A DNA stretch of 14,422 nucleotides. Source: Candidatus Micrarchaeota archaeon. Lineage in GTDB: Archaea > Micrarchaeota > Micrarchaeia > Anstonellales > Anstonellaceae. Position 1 is the first letter of the stretch. Each line of letters opens with the position of its first letter. Shown piece by piece: positions 14,404-14,422 of the stretch. The stretch is from the NCBI GenBank assembly GCA_013331805.1, contig DUFS01000005.1:1-14422 (forward strand). Reading direction: 5' to 3'. The notes below the pieces were generated by a model. The model was not told the origin of the DNA and did not search any database. It was given only the letters and a program-made list of their open reading frames with translations. The position numbers were made by a program, and so were the translations under genes.

Positions 14404-14422
14404 GTAGCGCCAATGCGACACG

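Noticed and set aside
402..14422. Integrase, transposase or provirus genes
   Set aside because: No ORF shows recognisable tyrosine/serine recombinase, DDE, HUH or capsid signatures.

Overview
Archaeal chromosomal segment. Gene content and tRNA intron style suggest a DPANN lineage such as Micrarchaeota (inference). The housekeeping core (about 2.4-10.2 kb) holds an Ig-domain membrane protein, HAD-IIA hydrolase, Zn-ribbon protein, protease-less Lon-like ATPase, GNAT-like protein, DUF2070 membrane protein, short NMD3 and a YkgJ-type protein. There are three minus-strand tRNA genes: tRNA-Asp(GTC), tRNA-Tyr(GTA) with two introns (37/38 and a non-canonical 58/59 T-loop intron), and tRNA-Trp(CCA) with a 37/38 intron. 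The main observation is that both intron-containing tRNA genes have an accessory block directly upstream, and each block is closed by a direct-repeat copy of that tRNA's 5' end. The Tyr islet (about 1.6 kb) carries an AAA+/DUF4143 ATPase. The Trp island (about 3.9 kb or more) carries AbiEi/AbiEii, HNH, SWIM and small ORFs. No integrase is visible, which suggests non-autonomous defence-type islets inserted at tRNA 5' ends. The tRNA leaders, spacers and trailers are also unusually structured, including three tandem cUGCGg hairpins and a trailer that mimics the acceptor stem. All calls were made by eye and no database searches were run.
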